Shown piece after piece: positions 59,534 through 64,000 of a DNA stretch of 64,000 nucleotides. The stretch is from an uncultured Verrucomicrobiae bacterium (GTDB lineage: Bacteria; Verrucomicrobiota; Verrucomicrobiia; Chthoniobacterales; JAATET01). The translations under genes were made by a program, and so were the position numbers. Position 1 is the stretch's first letter; each line of letters starts with the position of its first letter. A model generated the notes under the pieces. That model had not been told where the DNA came from and searched no databases. It worked only from the letters and a program-made list of their open reading frames with translations. The DNA is taken from the NCBI GenBank assembly GCA_963719495.1, contig CAVRCI010000001.1, positions 160,001 to 224,000 on the forward strand, given 5' to 3'.

Positions 59534-60052
59534 ATGCCCGATGACCCCGAAGAACCCGAATGGATCTCCCGAGCCACCCGCGGCGATTCCGACGCCTTCA
59601 CCGAACTCTTCAAACGCTACCACCCCATGATCCACGCCTTCGCCTACCGCCTCGGACATTCCGCGACCGACGCCGACGAGATCGCCCAGGTCACGTTCGT
59701 AAAAGCCGCCCGCTCCCTCGCCACCGTTCGGGGGAATTTCAAGAGCTGGCTCTTCCGCATCGCCCACAACACCGCCACCGACCACCTCCGCTCCACGCTC
59801 CGCCACCGTCGCCTTACCGAGGAAGCCACCGCCCAAGCCGACCAATTCACCCCCACCGATCCAGACCACGCCCCCATCGCCGCCGCGCTCGCCAACCTCT
59901 CCCCCGATCTTCGCGCCGCCATCGTGCTCACCTTCTACGAAGGCCTCACCCACGCCGAGGCCGCCCGCGTCGCCGGCTGCGCCGAGACCACCATCTCGTG
60001 GCGGGTCTTCACCGCGAAACGCAAACTCAAAAAAATCCTCGCCCGCCCGTGA
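59534..60052 (+). CDS. ECF sigma-70 factor
   Basis: GDSDAFTELFKRY, DADEIAQVTF, FKSWLFRIAHN, EGLTHAEAA...TISWRVFTAKRKL. Confidence 0.95.
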   Translation: MPDDPEEPEWISRATRGDSDAFTELFKRYHPMIHAFAYRLGHSATDADEIAQVTFVKAARSLATVRGNFKSWLFRIAHNTATDHLRSTLRHRRLTEEATAQADQFTPTDPDHAPIAAALANLSPDLRAAIVLTFYEGLTHAEAARVAGCAETTISWRVFTAKRKLKKILARP

Positions 60053-60642
60053 CCGATCCCGACCTCCATCGCCTGCTCGCTCGCCTCCCGGCCCCGCCGC
60101 CCGCCGGCCCCGCCGCCCGCGGTCGCGCCCACCACCGCGCCCTCATCGCCCTCGCGCAGCCAGGCGTCGCCGCCGCGAGTCCGTCTCGCCGACGTCGGCC
60201 CGCCCTGGTCGCGTCGGGTCTCGCCGCGATCCTCGCCATCCTTTTCTTCATCGCCGTCCAACCGACCCGCTCGCACCACCCGGACGTCGCCGCCCAACGC
60301 GACCTCCTCCTCGAAATCGAGCGATCCTTCCCCTCCCACCTCCAAGCCGTCATCGAACGCGACGGAGCCATCGAACTCGTCCTCGCCGAGCAGCCCACGC
60401 CCCCGACCGATCAACGTCTCCTCGTCGAAATCTCGACGCCGCGTGACCGCATCCGCATCCTCAGCTACAGCGGTCGCACCGTCTGCGTCACGGTCGCCGG
60501 ACGCCCGCTCTGCTTCGAACTCCTGCTCGCCGACAACGACGACGTCATCGTCTCCAGCGACCACTTCATCTGGACGCCCGACCACCCCGCCACCCTTGCC
60601 GGCACCACGCTCCGCGCCGAACGCCTCGCCTCTTCCCGATGA
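60049..60642 (+). CDS. putative single-TM anti-sigma factor
   Basis: GTGA overlap with the sigma gene; short cytoplasmic N-terminus, TM ALVASGLAAILAILFFIAV, extracytoplasmic domain with two Cys. Confidence 0.7.
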   Translation: MTDPDLHRLLARLPAPPPAGPAARGRAHHRALIALAQPGVAAASPSRRRRPALVASGLAAILAILFFIAVQPTRSHHPDVAAQRDLLLEIERSFPSHLQAVIERDGAIELVLAEQPTPPTDQRLLVEISTPRDRIRILSYSGRTVCVTVAGRPLCFELLLADNDDVIVSSDHFIWTPDHPATLAGTTLRAERLASSR

Positions 60643-61361
60643 CATCCCCGCGTCTCACTCGTCCGGCACTCGCCATTGCGCTGCTCGCCGGAGCCACCGC
60701 GCTCAGCGCGCCTCCCGGCATCCGTTACGCCCCCGACACCCCGCCACCCGTCCTCCACGTTCGCGGCGGAGCCTCCTGTGACGTCCCCCTCTTGATCGAA
60801 ATCGATGCGTCCGGCCCCATCCACCTTTTCGCGCAGCTCACCCAGCTCTCGTCCTCGCTCACCGCGCCCCTCGGACCCGTCACCGACCTGGGTCCCGTTT
60901 CCGCCTCTCAACCCATGTCCGTCCCGCTCGACGTCCCCGACGTCACGACCCCCACCGAGGTTCTCGTCCGCTTCTCCGCCCGCGGCCCCGCGGACACCGA
61001 CCCTCCCCTCGCTCACGGTCAACTCCGCCTCGTCGTCCACCCGTCCGACTCCCTGGACGGACTCCGCACCTTCGCTCGCCGTCATCCCCTCGGCGTCTTC
61101 GGAACCAGCTCCGAGATCCGCGCGTTTCTCGAACGGGAGCGCGTCGCGTTCAAGGATCTGGGCGAGGCCCCACCCCGCAATCCGCCCGTCAACCTTCTCG
61201 CCATCGGCTCGGGCGACGACCTCCTCGCCAGCGTCCGGGTCGCCGTCACTCCAGACGGCCCCCGCCGCCGAGTCACCTTCCCAGCTCTCCCCGACCTCGG
61301 GACAAACCCGCTCACCCAAGAAACCTTCCTCCTCATCCTCAACCAATCCATCCAGCCATGA
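60639..61361 (+). CDS. secreted hypothetical protein
   Basis: Signal peptide; ATGA-coupled on both sides. Confidence 0.7.
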   Translation: MTSPRLTRPALAIALLAGATALSAPPGIRYAPDTPPPVLHVRGGASCDVPLLIEIDASGPIHLFAQLTQLSSSLTAPLGPVTDLGPVSASQPMSVPLDVPDVTTPTEVLVRFSARGPADTDPPLAHGQLRLVVHPSDSLDGLRTFARRHPLGVFGTSSEIRAFLERERVAFKDLGEAPPRNPPVNLLAIGSGDDLLASVRVAVTPDGPRRRVTFPALPDLGTNPLTQETFLLILNQSIQP

Positions 61362-62287
61362 GATTCCTCATCCCAGCTCTCACCCTTCTGACGTCCTTCA
61401 TTGCCCACGCGGAACCCACCCCGCCCGCACCGCTCACCGCCGCCGTCCTCGACTTTGCCACGACCGGCGAAGCGCTCGAAGGCCGCGGCAACGAGGTCGC
61501 CACCCTGCTCGCCGCCCACCTCTCGACCTCGCCCGATCTGTTTCTCGTCGAGCGGCAGGAACTCGATCAACTCCTCGGAGAGCAGGAACTCAGCCTCTCC
61601 GGGACGGTCGACCCCGCCACCGCGGCCCGCGTCGGAACGATCACCGGCGCGAAGGTCCTCGTGACCGGACGGCTCTTCACGTCGGGCAAAACTCACTACC
61701 TCGTCGCCAAAATCATCGGCACCGGGACCACCCGGATGTTCGGCGAAGTCGTTCCCTTCGGCGACCTCGGCACCCTCGACCAAGCCACCGCCACCCTCGC
61801 CCCCAAGGTCGCCGACGTCATCAGGCGGCAAAGCCAGGCGCTCGCCGCTCCACCCGCCGATCCAGCCGCGCTCATCGAAAGTCTGCGCGAGGCGGTCGCG
61901 AACCAATCCCTGCCAACGGTCTCCGTCGACATCGCGGAAGAACACATCGGCCAGACCACCATCGACCCCGCGGCCCAGACCAAGCTCCAGAACCTGCTCG
62001 CCGCCGTCGGTTTCGAAGTCATCGATCCCACCACCAGCACCGCCCCGCCCGACGTCACCATCAGCGGCGAAGCCTTCAGCGAATTCGGTTCCCGCCGCGG
62101 GGCCCTCGTCTCGTCACTCGCCCGCGTGGAGATCAAAGTCACCCGCAACGCCGACGGCGCCCTCCTCCTGGCCGACAGTCAGGCCGACGTCGCGGTCAAC
62201 CTCGCCGAAAACATCGCCGCCAAGGAGGCTCTCGAAAATGCCGCGCGCAAACTCCTCCCCCGCATCGTCCCCACCCTCGTTCCCTGA
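61358..62287 (+). CDS. CsgG/HfaB (TolB_N/FlgO-like) domain protein
   Basis: AAVLDFAT...LVERQELDQLLGEQELSLSGTVDPATAARVGTITGAKVLVTG; second similar alpha/beta domain. Confidence 0.85.
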   Translation: MRFLIPALTLLTSFIAHAEPTPPAPLTAAVLDFATTGEALEGRGNEVATLLAAHLSTSPDLFLVERQELDQLLGEQELSLSGTVDPATAARVGTITGAKVLVTGRLFTSGKTHYLVAKIIGTGTTRMFGEVVPFGDLGTLDQATATLAPKVADVIRRQSQALAAPPADPAALIESLREAVANQSLPTVSVDIAEEHIGQTTIDPAAQTKLQNLLAAVGFEVIDPTTSTAPPDVTISGEAFSEFGSRRGALVSSLARVEIKVTRNADGALLLADSQADVAVNLAENIAAKEALENAARKLLPRIVPTLVP

Positions 62288-62291
62288 CTCC

Positions 62292-63288
<997 letters not shown>

Positions 63289-63358
63289 ATCCACCGCCCG
63301 CCCCCGGACCGAAGTCGCCGGGACTTCGCCGGGCGGATTCTTCTCCAGCTGAGTTGTT

Positions 63359-64000
63359 ATGGAATGGTGGCACGCCGTCGTCCTCGGACTCGTCGAGGGA
63401 CTCACGGAATATCTCCCGGTCAGCTCGACCGGACATCTCATTCTCACCCAACGCCTGCTCGGCATCGAGTCGAATGAATCCGCGGACGCCTTCGCGATTT
63501 GCATTCAATTCGGCGCGATCCTCGCCGTTCTCGGTCTCTACTTCAGCCGCGTCCGGCAGATGGCCGAAGGCGCGCTCGGTCGCAATCCGGAAGGCTTCAA
63601 GCTCGGCTTGAACGTCGTCGCCGCGTTCTTCCCCGCCGCCATCGTCGGGCTCCTCCTCGAAAAACCAATCAAGAAATTCCTTTTCGGTGGCGACGCCTGG
63701 GGCCTCTGGCCGACCATCGCCGCCTGGCTCATCGGCGGGATCGTCATTCTCTTCGTCGCCGCCCGCCGCGATCGCGCGACGAAGACTCCCAACGCACCCG
63801 GATCGAAAGCCACGCTGCTGGAGCTCACCTGGAAGGGAGCCGTCATCATCGGCCTCATCCAGTGTCTCGCCATGTGGCCCGGCACGAGCCGCAGCCTCGT
63901 CACGATCCTCGGCGGCCTCGCCGTCGGGCTCAACCTCGCCGCCGCTGTCGAATTCAGCTTCCTCCTCGGCCTCCTCACCCTCACCGCCGCGACCGCCTAC
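63359..64000 (+). CDS. uppP: undecaprenyl-diphosphate phosphatase, 3'-truncated by window edge
   Basis: MEWWHAVVLGLVEGLTEYLPVSSTGHL, IQFGAILAV, QCLAMWPGTSRS, EFSFLLG. Not in the ORF track. Confidence 0.96.
   Translation, partial: MEWWHAVVLGLVEGLTEYLPVSSTGHLILTQRLLGIESNESADAFAICIQFGAILAVLGLYFSRVRQMAEGALGRNPEGFKLGLNVVAAFFPAAIVGLLLEKPIKKFLFGGDAWGLWPTIAAWLIGGIVILFVAARRDRATKTPNAPGSKATLLELTWKGAVIIGLIQCLAMWPGTSRSLVTILGGLAVGLNLAAAVEFSFLLGLLTLTAATAY

Noticed and set aside
61358..62287. Curli secretion system
   Set aside because: Only a CsgG-like domain; no csgA/B/E/F and no lipobox Cys.

Overview
GC-rich bacterial chromosomal window, most likely Verrucomicrobiota. That assignment is an inference from gene content: a Bat/MoxR operon, an LpxL-WaaF fusion and Verrucomicrobia-type secreted proteins. 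Layout: (1) 1-9 kb: end of a sigma54 activator, an RgpF-like gene and a five-gene glucosylglycerate/mannosylglucosylglycerate-type compatible-solute cluster. (2) carB, carrying two in-frame repeat-derived insertions and flanked on both sides by decayed nucleotidyltransferase two-gene modules. (3) A ~12 kb accessory patchwork (13.8-25.65 kb) of intact, truncated and fragmentary genes. Many junctions are marked by GGGGTC(A/G)G-type inverted repeats, and the same motif brackets a RAYT-like Y1 HUH transposase. (4) trpG/trpE, DUF3108, and the batE-D-B/C-A-DUF4381-DUF58-moxR operon with a heptamer-flanked four-helix-bundle gene inserted. (5) A secreted Asp-box propeller protein, purK, lpxL-waaF, GNAT, an RND pump, CobW-like, GlcD-like and FkbM genes. 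(6) A divergent six-gene locus (ECF sigma/anti-sigma, CsgG-like-domain proteins, alpha/beta hydrolases) with twin mirror-image promoter motifs. (7) DUF2062, glnB and a partial uppP. No rRNA, tRNA or CRISPR array was recognised. The best candidates for an undescribed system are the HUH/GGGGTC-repeat gene-fragment island and the ECF/CsgG-like locus. All calls come from reading motifs by eye; no database searches were run.
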